Part shown: positions 1-10,152 of the stretch, in pieces
How positions within the stretch are numbered: position 1 is the first letter of the stretch
Layout of the letters: the number at the start of each line of letters is the position of its first letter
IMG/VR virus record: IMGVR_UViG_3300016657_000077
Location: 1 to 47,674 of that record
Source of the DNA: a virus
Taxonomy: Duplodnaviria > Caudoviricetes
DNA: 47,674 nt
Reading direction: 5' to 3' (one strand)
Translations under genes and position numbers: made by a program
Notes under the pieces: model-generated
Seen by the model: the letters and a program-made list of their open reading frames with translations, nothing else
Databases searched by the model: none
Told to the model about the DNA's origin: nothing

Positions 1-286
1 CCTTCTTTTCCACATACTGGAAAAAGGCGACCTTACCATCAGGTGTGGGGATTTCCAGTGACATGGGCGAAAAGCCCAATTGCTTCACCTGGTGAAAGAT
101 GCCATTGACTTCGGCTTGACTGATGGTGCGCAGGCGCTCCGGAGAGTCGGCCAAGAAACCCAGCTGTTTGGAGGCTTTCTTGCCATGTACATGCACAACA
201 CCATGACGCATTTCTGGCGCCATGTTCGGATTGATACCGATCATGATGGGATCGCTGATCAGGCGCTTTAGTGTATTCAGGACCAT
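1..286 (-). CDS. Hypothetical protein, 3'-truncated by window edge
   Basis: Not in ORF track; ATG at 286 overlaps the TAA of the upstream gene (TAATG); frame MVLNTLKRLISDPIM...FFQYVEKK stays open to position 1. Confidence 0.75.
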   Translation of the reverse strand, partial: MVLNTLKRLISDPIMIGINPNMAPEMRHGVVHVHGKKASKQLGFLADSPERLRTISQAEVNGIFHQVKQLGFSPMSLEIPTPDGKVAFFQYVEKK

Positions 287-627
287 TATGCTGCCTCCTT
301 CACGATTTCCAGACGGGTGAGTTCCATGCTACCTTTGTAGGTAACGATGTGTTGCGGCACAAAACCTTGCTCCAGGGCCTGCTCCCAAATGTACTGCATG
401 GTCTGCAGGTCCAGTTTCGGTGGGTTGGACAGACCAGCGAATACGAACTTCACCGGTACATCGACCAGGCCACGACCACGACTGGAAACGAAGATGGTAC
501 CATGGTCGCCATGGTAAGCAGCATCGTGATAGAAGAACACTTTCGGCTTAGCAGCCACAGCTTTATGGCTTACGTCCAGTCCGATCAGGTTCATGGTAGC
601 TACGTACATTTTGTTGATGATAGACAT
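286..627 (-). CDS. Hypothetical protein (113 aa), probable early gene
   Basis: ORF with AAGGA SD upstream; same strand as neighbours, downstream of early promoter motif. Confidence 0.8.
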   Translation of the reverse strand: MSIINKMYVATMNLIGLDVSHKAVAAKPKVFFYHDAAYHGDHGTIFVSSRGRGLVDVPVKFVFAGLSNPPKLDLQTMQYIWEQALEQGFVPQHIVTYKGSMELTRLEIVKEAA

Positions 628-653
628 GCTGTATTCCTTTTATTTAAACGACC

Positions 654-776
654 TTATTGGCCGCGATATTGATGATGAACTTGCTGTTGCTGTGATTCAA
701 TGGGGGCCAGGAACGCAGGCAACGATACGGCACTAAAGAACACTACACCCCACAAAAACTGTTTAAGCTTTTCCAT
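654..776 (-). CDS. Small 40-aa membrane/signal-peptide-like protein
   Basis: Hand-translated MEKLKQFLWGVVFFSAVSLPAFLAPIESQQQQVHHQYRGQ*; GGGAG SD; fills the gap between two genes. Confidence 0.6.
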   Translation of the reverse strand: MEKLKQFLWGVVFFSAVSLPAFLAPIESQQQQVHHQYRGQ

Positions 777-849
777 GGTGAGACACTCCCGACGCAGTTG
801 ATCAACAGGGCCAATCATGAAATAGATGGGCCCTGTAAAATAATGCTAT

Positions 850-1371
850 TTACTGCTGGGGAGTTTCTTCTTCGGAATCGAAGACCATTACCACATCGGG
901 CTCAGCCTCACTGGACGATGCATTCAATGCTTCTTTACGCAGACGATCTGCTTCCAGGTTCTTTGTGGAGATATCTTCCAGCGGTTGCCAGATCTCTTTC
1001 AGTTGTTTCGGCAGATCTTTGGCCATATCGGCCAATGCCTTCAGCTGATAAGCAATACCCTTAAAGAACCCGATATAGGGCTTCAGCAGGATCAAGGTTT
1101 TCTTGGAGCTATCCACGTACTGCAGTACAATCTCTTGCGAGATCTCGACAACGAGGCAGAGAACATTGTTTTCGCCTTCGATGTCGCGCATCTCTATCCA
1201 GGAAGCACCAAAGCCATCCGGAGAGATGAGCTTGCCGTCTTTGTGCATAGACAGCAACATGTCCCAGTCAGGTACTAGATTAGAAAACTCATGGTAACCA
1301 AATTCTCGCATAGCGAAAGTAATCAGGTCGATGTTTGCTTTTACTTCTTTTTCGGTAGTAACGAGTTGCAT
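850..1371 (-). CDS. Hypothetical protein (173 aa), probable early gene
   Basis: ORF with GAGGA SD, first gene after TATATTAC motif. Confidence 0.85.
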   Translation of the reverse strand: MQLVTTEKEVKANIDLITFAMREFGYHEFSNLVPDWDMLLSMHKDGKLISPDGFGASWIEMRDIEGENNVLCLVVEISQEIVLQYVDSSKKTLILLKPYIGFFKGIAYQLKALADMAKDLPKQLKEIWQPLEDISTKNLEADRLRKEALNASSSEAEPDVVMVFDSEEETPQQ

Positions 1372-1429
1372 AATGTATTCCTCTTTATTGAAGGGTTAAG
1401 AGAGTAGATTTCTACTACTGCTCACGTAG

Positions 1430-1457
1430 GTAATATAGGCCTGAAAATATTTAGAAA
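1430..1457 (-). promoter_or_regulatory. phiKZ-type early promoter
   Basis: Minus strand TTTCTAAATATTTTCAGGCCTATATTAC; TATATTAC is the phiKZ early consensus; near copy at 43956-43983. Confidence 0.75.
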
Positions 1458-1494
1458 CGGCATATTAGCTAGGGGCTCCAAAGAGACCCCTAGC
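1458..1494 (-). terminator. Intergenic hairpin terminator
   Basis: GCTAGGGG/CCCCTAGC stem after gene stop at 1515; flanked by CGGCATA. Confidence 0.7.
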
Positions 1495-1514
1495 CTTTAT
1501 ATGGTTAACAGCAG

Positions 1515-3485
1515 TTATGCTACTTGGGAGACAGTGGCCACCGGCAACATGGCATTGGAACGATTAGCCACGATACCTTTGTTATTAAAATAACAACCAA
1601 AGGTCGAGGAAACGCCAGTGCCCGTGATATAGTACTCAATACCAGAGGATGGCGTGATGATATCCCACGACGTGCCGTCCGTAGTGACTGCCATATCGCC
1701 GTTACCATTAATGATGACAATTTTTGTCCCATCAGAATAGCTATTGGTACAGTTCCAAGTGCCCCAGGATGAGGGGATATTGAAAGCACCGGTGCAGGTC
1801 CATGTAACGCCATCAGGAGATGTAGCTACCACTCCATATGAAATCAGTACAAACTTATTGTTAAACCAGTAAAGTACGTCTGGTCTACGGTTAGTACCCC
1901 AAGCTGTAGATTTCAAACCAGCTTGTGCTGTCCAGGTCTGACCATCAGTCGATGTTGCCACTGCGCCGTTCTGCGCTACGCCTACATATTTGTTACTGCC
2001 ATTGTAAGCTAGCACATAGCACTGTGCTGATAATCCCCAATCGCCCTGTGCCGACAAGTCAGTCCCCGTACCCCAAGTAATACCATCAGTGGTATATCTA
2101 GCAGTACCACCTGAACCAATTTCAACTAGCTTATTACCATCCGACAGAATAGCAAACGGTCCAGTCGTACTGATAGTGTTGAGGGTCCAAGATGTCAAGT
2201 TGGATAGCTGTGCAGTATAGAACGTTGATGAGCCTGCATTAGACTGCACGATGATGCGATTATTAAAAATCGCCATGCCGTTAGTTGTGCCAATAAAAGA
2301 ATTACTAGCAGCAAAGTTGTACTCAAGCGTCCAATCTACGCCATTTGTACTGGTCATCAAACGACCACCGTATGTCAGCATGTAAATTTTGCCGCCAGAC
2401 TGAGCAAAGGCAATTGGGCCACCAGAACCCCAAGCACTAGTAAGCTGTTTCGGCGAAACCGCTACCCATGAGGCACCGTTAGTAATGGTGGTGGTGTAGT
2501 TAAGTTCACCAAAAAAACCAGAACAGAAATACTTCGTACTGGCCTGCCACAGTTTACCAGAGCGACTATTGCTACCCAAGTTATTGGAAACTGCCGCCCA
2601 AGTAGCCCCATTATCACTAGACGAAGCAAATCGACCACCAGAAGTCAGGTATAGTACGGTACCACTAAGAATCAGGCCGCTTGCTTGTCCGTTACTAAGT
2701 GGCGTGATGGCTGTGGAGCGATAAGTCCAGGTCACCCCTGTAGGACTCGTTGCTACCTTACCGCCGGTGCCAGCAACAACAAAGTTACTACCTGACCAAA
2801 TACCCACATATGAAGCATTTGTGCCGTAAGTGGTAGTTTTCAGGTTACTTTGATACGTCCAGTTAATGGCATCGGTACTAGTGGCAACGTTACCGTTAGC
2901 ACCGAATGCAAGTAGAATACTCCCACTCCATGCAAAACCGTAAACGGTACTGTTACCCCAAGCTGTGGTGATTAGAGAACCATTATAAGTCCAATTAAGG
3001 CCATCAGTCGATGTTGCAAGACCACCGTAACCGCCGATGATATACAGATTAAGCGTAGGTATCCAAAATGCTGAATAGGCAGAAACAACTGTTTGAGCTT
3101 TCCAGCCAACGTCATCACGCAAAATGGTGCTAGTATTCCAACTAGTAAAGTTGGTGGTAGTTACCGTGTAACCACTACTAGCTACGAATAGATACGTACC
3201 ACCAGATGATTTTACTACATCGGTGTAGCGAGTAAACGTATTCACAGTTGCTGTAGGAGCAATGCTGAAGTAAGTCCACGTGACACCATCGGTCGAAGTA
3301 AAGACTTTACCATAGGTCGAAATAGCAACATATTTCGACATAGTGGTGTCGTAGAAAACCGCAATAGTGGTTTCAGCAGCAGAACTGGAATTATAACTAA
3401 ACCCGGAAGACATGCCGCCGAATGCCAGTGAAATTGCTTTCGCCCATGAAGACAATGCAATTCCTGGAATACAACCTGGAGTCAT
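1515..3485 (-). CDS. Asp-box (BNR) beta-propeller protein, putative fibre-tip adhesin A
   Basis: 13 S/T-x-D-G-x-x-W-type repeats; G/S/T/W/Y-rich; AAGGA SD; follows a tail fibre gene. Confidence 0.75.
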   Translation of the reverse strand: MTPGCIPGIALSSWAKAISLAFGGMSSGFSYNSSSAAETTIAVFYDTTMSKYVAISTYGKVFTSTDGVTWTYFSIAPTATVNTFTRYTDVVKSSGGTYLFVASSGYTVTTTNFTSWNTSTILRDDVGWKAQTVVSAYSAFWIPTLNLYIIGGYGGLATSTDGLNWTYNGSLITTAWGNSTVYGFAWSGSILLAFGANGNVATSTDAINWTYQSNLKTTTYGTNASYVGIWSGSNFVVAGTGGKVATSPTGVTWTYRSTAITPLSNGQASGLILSGTVLYLTSGGRFASSSDNGATWAAVSNNLGSNSRSGKLWQASTKYFCSGFFGELNYTTTITNGASWVAVSPKQLTSAWGSGGPIAFAQSGGKIYMLTYGGRLMTSTNGVDWTLEYNFAASNSFIGTTNGMAIFNNRIIVQSNAGSSTFYTAQLSNLTSWTLNTISTTGPFAILSDGNKLVEIGSGGTARYTTDGITWGTGTDLSAQGDWGLSAQCYVLAYNGSNKYVGVAQNGAVATSTDGQTWTAQAGLKSTAWGTNRRPDVLYWFNNKFVLISYGVVATSPDGVTWTCTGAFNIPSSWGTWNCTNSYSDGTKIVIINGNGDMAVTTDGTSWDIITPSSGIEYYITGTGVSSTFGCYFNNKGIVANRSNAMLPVATVSQVA

Positions 3486-3502
3486 GTTGATTATCCTTGT
3501 AT

Positions 3503-3540
3503 AAAACAGGAGCTACCATTGAGGTAGCTCCTGTATGTCG
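3503..3540 (-). terminator. Intrinsic terminator between fibre and adhesin
   Basis: ACAGGAGCTACC/GGTAGCTCCTGT stem plus T run on minus strand, preceded by CGACATA. Confidence 0.8.
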
Positions 3541-5742
3541 TTAACCGACGTTCTTCACGATGGATACGAAGATGCGAGTTGCTGATTCTACATAGTAACA
3601 CAGATAGTCCACTGCGCTAGGAGCAGTGGAGAGTACTGGAGCTGTTGCATTAGCGAACTTAAAGACGCTATTGAAACCCAGAGTACGACCACCCGATGCA
3701 TCCTGACTAACTGCGATTACGCCGGACTGGCCCGGTTGGATGTTAGTTGGCAAACCCAAAATAGCGTTGCCGGTCAATGACAGGCTAAAGTTGTTTGACA
3801 ACGACATGTCCATGGCCACAGTGGCACCATAAGTCAATGCAATAGGAGTTGCTGATTGACCTTTAGTCCATTGCTGACTCACCCCTGTATTGGCAGTACC
3901 TGCCGGCAAATCAGATGCTTGTAGTGCACGTGCACTTGTAGCTCGACCTTTAGCATCCAAAGTCACTACAGCGTAAGTACCTGGCGTTACGCCAGTAGCA
4001 CCGAGTGCTACTGAGATGGAAACGTTACCGGAACCATCAAACATAGCACCACCAGAAGCATCACCAGCAATGGCGATTTGACGGGCAGTTTGCAGAGTCG
4101 ACGCAGTAGGACTGTTGGTTGGCAACTGTACACTAGGAACAATACCAGAAGTATTCAGCGTCGCAACACCATTGATCGCACCTTTTTGCGAGCTAGGGAT
4201 CGCCGCGTCAGCCGTGGTCTTGGCTGTGTTAGCCAAGTCATATGCCTGCTTAACCGAATTAGGCGTAGCCGCAGCAGACGTGCTGATCGAGGTAACACTA
4301 TCGATAAGTTGCAGTAGGCCCGTTTGACTGGTAGTACCTTGACGGATGGTCGCCGTCGAGATACCGACGATGAGACCCTTTTGGTTAACCACAACAACAG
4401 GAACAGTGACACCATCGCCATACGTACCAGCAGATGCTCCGCTGTCTGGTAGCGTAGCGTTAATGTTTACATTAGAACTGCCGTCAAAGTTAGCAGAACC
4501 GGAGATATCACCAGTAAGTGCGATACTGCGGGCAGTTTGCAGTTTGGTAGCGGTACCTGCGTTACCGATAATGTCAGTTACTGCTGCACGAGCACGCGCT
4601 GCAGTAAAATACAGGTTAACACTACCTTCAGGAACTGCATCAGTACTACCAGGTGCTGGGGAGATTTCTACATAGGTACTGCCAGACCAACGATAGATCT
4701 TGCGTTCAGCCACAGTAGAATAGATCTTACCAGACTCACCGACTGTTGGAAGACTAGCAAAGTTAGCCACGTCAATGACATCATCTACAAATGATGGCAA
4801 CACTACGGCTGGGATAAGACCATTAACCAAGTCAACAACATTGCCGCCATTGGAAAGCAAACTAGACAACTTAACCGTAGCCGCATCAACACCATCCAGT
4901 GCTACATCCAGAACTGCCAACTGCGTAGCCTGTTCGGTAATGGAAAGCGTGTTACTTTTGAGTCTGGTAACGATCTCTTGGAGTGTGTCCAGATTAAGAT
5001 CATCTACGGTCAACACATCTTGCATCGATGCGATCAAGCTATACAACTTACTTAGCGTATTGCCTTGGGTAGGTGCGTTGTCTACAACACCAGCAATAGC
5101 AGTGTCAATTTGCGTAGCCAGATTAGCATCTGCTGCATTCATCTGGGTGGTCAGATCGGCAATGTTACCATCAACTTGCGTATTCAGGTCAGCAATAATG
5201 GCGTTGATCTCATTCAGGGTCGGCAGTTGAGTAACATCGATAACTTTGTTACCTACTACGATACCGGTAGAGTTCAGTTCAAATGTACCACCAATACTGA
5301 TCACACTGGCATTCAGGCGAGCAGTACTGAATGCCTTGGAACCCACAACGAATACAGTACCCTTAATCGGTTCAGAAAACGTCAGGGTAAAGGAGTTGGT
5401 CGGATCAGTCGGACTCAGAATGTAATCAAGTGGAGTTTGTACAATATCGCCATTTTCATCTTTAATGATGAACCATACATCCTGCGTATTCAGACCGTGA
5501 TTGATCGTCCAGCTAGTACGTGCATCTGCTTGCACATGTAGGTAAGTAGCGGTTTCACTATTACCTGCCAATGGGAACCATGTACGGTAACCGGCAATCT
5601 CGGTATACACGTACATGGTCGGACCAACTGTGTGAATGGTGTTGAGTTCCGGATTCTCCGGGAACTGGCCGTCAGCCGTGGGGCTGAGCTGCATGCCGTC
5701 CAGTAGTGCTAAACGGCCATGCATTTTAATTTTAGTAATCAT
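3541..5742 (-). CDS. Tail fibre protein 1
   Basis: Two ATKLQTARxIAxxGDxSGxAxFDGS repeats, a GLLQLxDSVTSxSxxAAATPxxVKQAYDLA fibre repeat, GVATL motif; start moved to ATG 5742 (AGGA SD, aligns with paralogue N-termini). Confidence 0.85.
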   Translation of the reverse strand: MITKIKMHGRLALLDGMQLSPTADGQFPENPELNTIHTVGPTMYVYTEIAGYRTWFPLAGNSETATYLHVQADARTSWTINHGLNTQDVWFIIKDENGDIVQTPLDYILSPTDPTNSFTLTFSEPIKGTVFVVGSKAFSTARLNASVISIGGTFELNSTGIVVGNKVIDVTQLPTLNEINAIIADLNTQVDGNIADLTTQMNAADANLATQIDTAIAGVVDNAPTQGNTLSKLYSLIASMQDVLTVDDLNLDTLQEIVTRLKSNTLSITEQATQLAVLDVALDGVDAATVKLSSLLSNGGNVVDLVNGLIPAVVLPSFVDDVIDVANFASLPTVGESGKIYSTVAERKIYRWSGSTYVEISPAPGSTDAVPEGSVNLYFTAARARAAVTDIIGNAGTATKLQTARSIALTGDISGSANFDGSSNVNINATLPDSGASAGTYGDGVTVPVVVVNQKGLIVGISTATIRQGTTSQTGLLQLIDSVTSISTSAAATPNSVKQAYDLANTAKTTADAAIPSSQKGAINGVATLNTSGIVPSVQLPTNSPTASTLQTARQIAIAGDASGGAMFDGSGNVSISVALGATGVTPGTYAVVTLDAKGRATSARALQASDLPAGTANTGVSQQWTKGQSATPIALTYGATVAMDMSLSNNFSLSLTGNAILGLPTNIQPGQSGVIAVSQDASGGRTLGFNSVFKFANATAPVLSTAPSAVDYLCYYVESATRIFVSIVKNVG
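4589..4696. repeat. 108-nt direct repeat copy 1 (shared with 10657-10764)
   Basis: Manual alignment: 98/108 identical, perfect runs of 31 and 36 nt. Confidence 0.9.
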
Positions 5743-5841
5743 GCTGACATCCTGATTGGTGAAGCGATAAAAGAGGACAATCAACGCCCTCGTATCCCAT
5801 ATGATCAGTTGAATAATTACTTATCTAGGTAATAATATTAA

Positions 5842-5878
5842 CGTCATAATAGAGAGTGGGGAAACCCACTCTCTATTA
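5842..5878 (-). terminator. Hairpin terminator
   Basis: TAATAGAGAGTGGG-GAAA-CCCACTCTCTATTA perfect stem; flanked by CGTCATA. Confidence 0.8.
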
Positions 5879-6056
5879 GTTAATACCAGAAGCATTGATT
5901 CTTGTACTGGTAAATGCTTTAGAGCCGACAACAAACATCGTACCTTTGAATTGTATTCAAACCCGGATTTTCAGGGAATTGTCCATCCTGCGATGGAAGA
6001 ATCTGCAAACCATGCAACAAAGAAAGACACCCGTGAAGTTTGACGGATTTATTCAT
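5876..6056 (-). pseudogene. Internally deleted, frameshifted tail fibre remnant
   Basis: MNKSVKLHGCLSLLHGLQILPSQDGQFPENPGLNTI matches fibre N-termini; another frame gives KGTMFVVGSKAFTSTRINASGIN* matching fibre residues ~90 aa further on. Confidence 0.8.
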
Positions 6057-6138
6057 ATCAGGGTCCTGTGGATAACAGCCAATGAGGTGTTTGAAGTAGG
6101 GCTGTCCACATAATTTTGGAATACCTATTTGACCATAA

Positions 6139-6172
6139 CAACATAAAGCCAGCAGGGGGAGCCCTGCTGGCT
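6139..6172 (-). terminator. Intrinsic terminator
   Basis: AGCCAGCAGGG/CCCTGCTGGCT stem after stop at 6181; flanked by CAACATA. Confidence 0.75.
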
Positions 6173-6180
6173 CGACATGT

Positions 6181-8136
6181 TTAGGCCTTATAGTACCCAA
6201 TACCATCATTGGTTGCAGTCGGTGCTCCAGTGAATGCCACACCATCTGGACCATCCACCATAGCCACCAAGTTACCATTACCCCAAGTGGCGCCGATGTC
6301 ATTAACACCAGTCCAGTTCAGGCCACCGTTGGTCGAATAGTAAAGTAGTTTAGTATTACTACCCACATAAAGACGACCTTTCACAACAGCCGAACATGAA
6401 ATAGTGGCACCACCCCAAGGGGTATAGTACAAACCACTGTTTGCTACCCAAGTGACACCGTCAGTAGAGGTCATACTTGCAGAATACGCACCACCCACGA
6501 ACCAGTTAGTACCAGTCCAAGCCAATACGTAAGGATAACCGGCATTGCCCCAGTTAGCGGAATAGCTAGTGCTAATATTGGACCATGTAACACCATCTAC
6601 TGATGATGCACACATCTTACCGTTACCAACTGCCAATACTTTACTACCATTCCAACCCATAGAGTAGACTGGGTAACTCGAAGTATTACCCCAACCACTT
6701 GGGTTATTGGCCTGAATCCAGTTTTTGGCATCTGCAGAGTACCAGAAGGTGCCATTCAGTGTACCGAATACAAACCGAACACCCGTCCAAACACCACTGC
6801 GTGCTGCCGCAATGTTATTAACTTTACTAATGGTCCATGTGGCCAAATCTACAGTGATCCAGCGAGTACCTACCACAACAATCAATGTGGTGTCATTTGC
6901 AACCATACAGGTAGGTGCTGTCGGAGTAATCAGGGCTTCAAAACTGTTCACAGTAAACTTCGGTGTCCAGTTCTTGCCGTCAGCAGATGTGGCGATGACA
7001 CCGCTACCGTTTGCCGCAAACATGGTGCTGCTGTTACGACACATCACCACACCGTTAGTAGCGTTACCCCATGTCGCAGCGGCAGGCCACTGCAAATTAA
7101 CCCATGGTGCGGTGTTACTAGATACGCGACACAGGCGCATAGCGGCACCCACGATATACAGGTAGTTACCGGTACCATGAGCGATGCGACACATTGCTGT
7201 CAATGAAGCACTGGACCAGCCGCTATTAATCAAGCTATTGTCCGCTTCCCAAGTCGCATTATCAGAACAACGCAGTACAGCACCACTGGCAGCACCCAAA
7301 TACCAGTAACCGGTTACACCGTCGTGGTAGTAACCAATAGAGGTAGGTATTTGGGAGATGTTCATGTTTACCCATGTACTATAGGTAGCGTCGACAGTAC
7401 ACTTACCTACGCGGGTAGTAGCTGTGGCGGCCATGATCGTAGTACCATCATCACTGATGGCCATATCTACAATACCGGTAGAACCCATAACAGTAGTGTA
7501 GCCAGAAGAATAGGTCCAAGTAGCCCCATCTTGAGAATAGGCTACCTTACCCAAATCACCAGCTACGATGAAATCACCGTTAATTGGGTTAGTTACATAA
7601 GCGCTGATGGCGGCAGTGGTACCCCAACCGGTAGTCGCCAAATTAGAGGTAAGATCAAACGTACCAGTGGCAGGATTGAAGGTAGCTGTTTTGCTACCAG
7701 TGCCCGTTACAACGAATTTATTTTTAATTGCGTTGTAATAAACACCTGAGAAAGTCTTACCAGACCAAGGCGTAACAAAAGCCGACGACTTAGTCCAAGT
7801 AGTGCCACCATCAGAAGAATACGCGATATCGCCCAATGCAACGCCAGTAGCCAACCAATATCCGCCACCGTAAGCGATACTAGTACCAGCCGCAAACCCT
7901 GGTTGGGTAGCAACACCTACCCAATTAGTACCGTCAACACATTTGACCAATTTACCCACAGAGGTAATTGCCATAATCGTGTTGCCATCAGACGCAGCAC
8001 TCACCAAAATTTGTGTGGGTGCTGGGCCATTAGTAAAAAGACCACTTGCTCCGTTATAACCAGCAGCGATAGCTGCAATAACGGCACTAGCGATCGTTGA
8101 GATTACACCAGGAAAACCAGGTACTGTAATAGACAT
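6181..8136 (-). CDS. Asp-box beta-propeller protein, putative adhesin B
   Basis: 13 Asp-box-like repeats; collinear paralogue of 8167-10134; AAGGA SD. Confidence 0.75.
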   Translation of the reverse strand: MSITVPGFPGVISTIASAVIAAIAAGYNGASGLFTNGPAPTQILVSAASDGNTIMAITSVGKLVKCVDGTNWVGVATQPGFAAGTSIAYGGGYWLATGVALGDIAYSSDGGTTWTKSSAFVTPWSGKTFSGVYYNAIKNKFVVTGTGSKTATFNPATGTFDLTSNLATTGWGTTAAISAYVTNPINGDFIVAGDLGKVAYSQDGATWTYSSGYTTVMGSTGIVDMAISDDGTTIMAATATTRVGKCTVDATYSTWVNMNISQIPTSIGYYHDGVTGYWYLGAASGAVLRCSDNATWEADNSLINSGWSSASLTAMCRIAHGTGNYLYIVGAAMRLCRVSSNTAPWVNLQWPAAATWGNATNGVVMCRNSSTMFAANGSGVIATSADGKNWTPKFTVNSFEALITPTAPTCMVANDTTLIVVVGTRWITVDLATWTISKVNNIAAARSGVWTGVRFVFGTLNGTFWYSADAKNWIQANNPSGWGNTSSYPVYSMGWNGSKVLAVGNGKMCASSVDGVTWSNISTSYSANWGNAGYPYVLAWTGTNWFVGGAYSASMTSTDGVTWVANSGLYYTPWGGATISCSAVVKGRLYVGSNTKLLYYSTNGGLNWTGVNDIGATWGNGNLVAMVDGPDGVAFTGAPTATNDGIGYYKA

Positions 8137-8166
8137 ATAACGTTCCTTGTTTAAAAAAACTGCTAG

Positions 8167-10134
8167 TTATGGTTTATAATGTCCAATAAAATCATTTGTG
8201 AGGTTGTTTATACTCCCTCCGAAAATGATGCCATTATCTAAAGTATCCACCATCATTAGCAGTTGGTTAGTACCCCATGTCGTTCCATTGATATTCACCG
8301 CAGACCACGTGGTCCCGGAATCAGTGGAATAATACAATCGATTACTATCGCCACCAGCATACAGACGGTTACCGGACATCACACCACAATAAATGGGAGA
8401 GGGACCCCAACCGCCGTAATATAGGGCATTAGCTACTGTCCAAGTAGAACCATTAACTGACCGCAGAGCACCACCAGAAGCAGCACCTACGAACCAGTAT
8501 GTGCCTGTCCAGATGGCCGTATATGGTCGACCGGCACCGCCCCAAGTATTACTGAAGCTAGTACTAACGGACGTCCACGTCCCGCCATTAGTTGAGGTAC
8601 TACACATTCTATTAAGACCAACGGCGAGAATAACCGATCCATTCCAACCCATTGCCGTCACGGCTTGTGCTGCGCCCGTGGTCCAACCAGATGGCTGTGT
8701 TGCAGTAGTCCAGCTAATCCCATTAGTCGAGTACAAAAATGTACCATTACTCGTGCCTACGACAAATCGACTCCCCGTCCAGACTGCAGCACCCATGGAA
8801 TATGCCGCAGCATAAACGTAAGAAATTGTCCAAGTTGAAATATCCACAGAAACCCAGTTCGTTCCAATACCAATCAATAAAGTTGTACCATTGGAAACCA
8901 TAACTGTGTTATTAGTAGACGATGGAATTACCGCCAAAGTGCGCCATTCATTCAGCGACAAGCGGCAAGTCCAATTTACACCATCCGTAGAACTAGCTAA
9001 TACACCGTCGCCATTGATGGCAAAATATGTATTATTACTTTTAATGATGCCTTTACATGGGGTATTAGAACCCCAGGTAGCGCGTGCCACCAAAAGCATA
9101 TTTGCCCATGATCCAGTATTTTCGGTTACACGACATAAACGTGTATATTCACCAGTGATGTATAGTGAATTTATTCCACCATGTCGCACTGAGATCATGT
9201 TCACAATGTTCGCTGTGGTACCCCATGTGCTACTATTCAGAGTACCATCAAATACCCACGTTATACCATCGACACTGCGTCGAAAATTCGACGCTGTAGT
9301 ACCAGAAATATACCAGTAACCATCAACACCATCGAAGTGGTGACCAACTTTAGTGATAGTAGTACCGATACTGACTGTGGACCAACTGGAATACTCTACA
9401 GTGTCATTGCATCTGAGAATAGATGTTGAGCCTGTAGTGGCAATAAGAACGGTACCATCATTATTGAATGACAGTTCTGTAGCGCTACTAACTAATGTGG
9501 GTCGGTTTGTCCAAGTAATGCCACCATCGGAAGACGTGGCCATTAATCCAGCGGCGCCAGAAATAACAATATCACCATTAGTAGGATTAATGGCAATGGC
9601 GTTTACAGATTTATTACTACCCCAGCCTGCAGTAGAGAGATTATCAGTACTGTTAAACAGCCCAGTGGTTTTATTGTACGAAAAAACTCCTACACCAGCA
9701 GCTATGATGACTACATTTTTAATGGCATTATAAAGAACGTTATTAATTATTACGTCACTACCAATGGTGCTACTAAGTAAAGTGGATTGAGTCCAATTTA
9801 ACCCGTCAGTACTAAATACGATCTCACCTGTAGTGTTACCTGTTGCATACCAGACACCATCACCGTAAGTGATACATTTACCTGTCGATAGCCCAGTTAA
9901 TGTGTCATATTCGACAAAGTTGACCCCATCGTTACTTCGAGCTATTCGCCCTTTGGCGTCCAAAACTAGTAACATTGAATCAGAACTGGCCACACTTTTC
10001 AAGCCATTACTGGCAGAAGTACCTTTCGGAAACAGGCCATTTGCTGCTTTGGTATAACCCTGGGCTATTGCTTGGATGACATTTTGCACCAAAGTCGATA
10101 ACAATCCTGGGAAACCAAATGTAGTAATAGACAT
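8167..10134 (-). CDS. Asp-box beta-propeller protein, putative adhesin C
   Basis: 13 Asp-box-like repeats; AAGGA SD; follows tail fibre 2. Confidence 0.75.
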   Translation of the reverse strand: MSITTFGFPGLLSTLVQNVIQAIAQGYTKAANGLFPKGTSASNGLKSVASSDSMLLVLDAKGRIARSNDGVNFVEYDTLTGLSTGKCITYGDGVWYATGNTTGEIVFSTDGLNWTQSTLLSSTIGSDVIINNVLYNAIKNVVIIAAGVGVFSYNKTTGLFNSTDNLSTAGWGSNKSVNAIAINPTNGDIVISGAAGLMATSSDGGITWTNRPTLVSSATELSFNNDGTVLIATTGSTSILRCNDTVEYSSWSTVSIGTTITKVGHHFDGVDGYWYISGTTASNFRRSVDGITWVFDGTLNSSTWGTTANIVNMISVRHGGINSLYITGEYTRLCRVTENTGSWANMLLVARATWGSNTPCKGIIKSNNTYFAINGDGVLASSTDGVNWTCRLSLNEWRTLAVIPSSTNNTVMVSNGTTLLIGIGTNWVSVDISTWTISYVYAAAYSMGAAVWTGSRFVVGTSNGTFLYSTNGISWTTATQPSGWTTGAAQAVTAMGWNGSVILAVGLNRMCSTSTNGGTWTSVSTSFSNTWGGAGRPYTAIWTGTYWFVGAASGGALRSVNGSTWTVANALYYGGWGPSPIYCGVMSGNRLYAGGDSNRLYYSTDSGTTWSAVNINGTTWGTNQLLMMVDTLDNGIIFGGSINNLTNDFIGHYKP

Positions 10135-10152
10135 GTTTAATCCTTTCTGCGA

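Noticed and set aside
80-672. Plus-strand ORFs 80-271 and 271-672
   Set aside because: Opposite to a coupled minus-strand operon with good SD sites
5826-5841. ATTATTACCTA resembling the early promoter
   Set aside because: Lacks the upstream TTTTCAG element and precedes a late structural gene
5919-6308. 129-aa ORF as listed in the track
   Set aside because: Upstream part overlaps adhesin B and crosses a terminator; only the part from ATG 6056 is fibre-like
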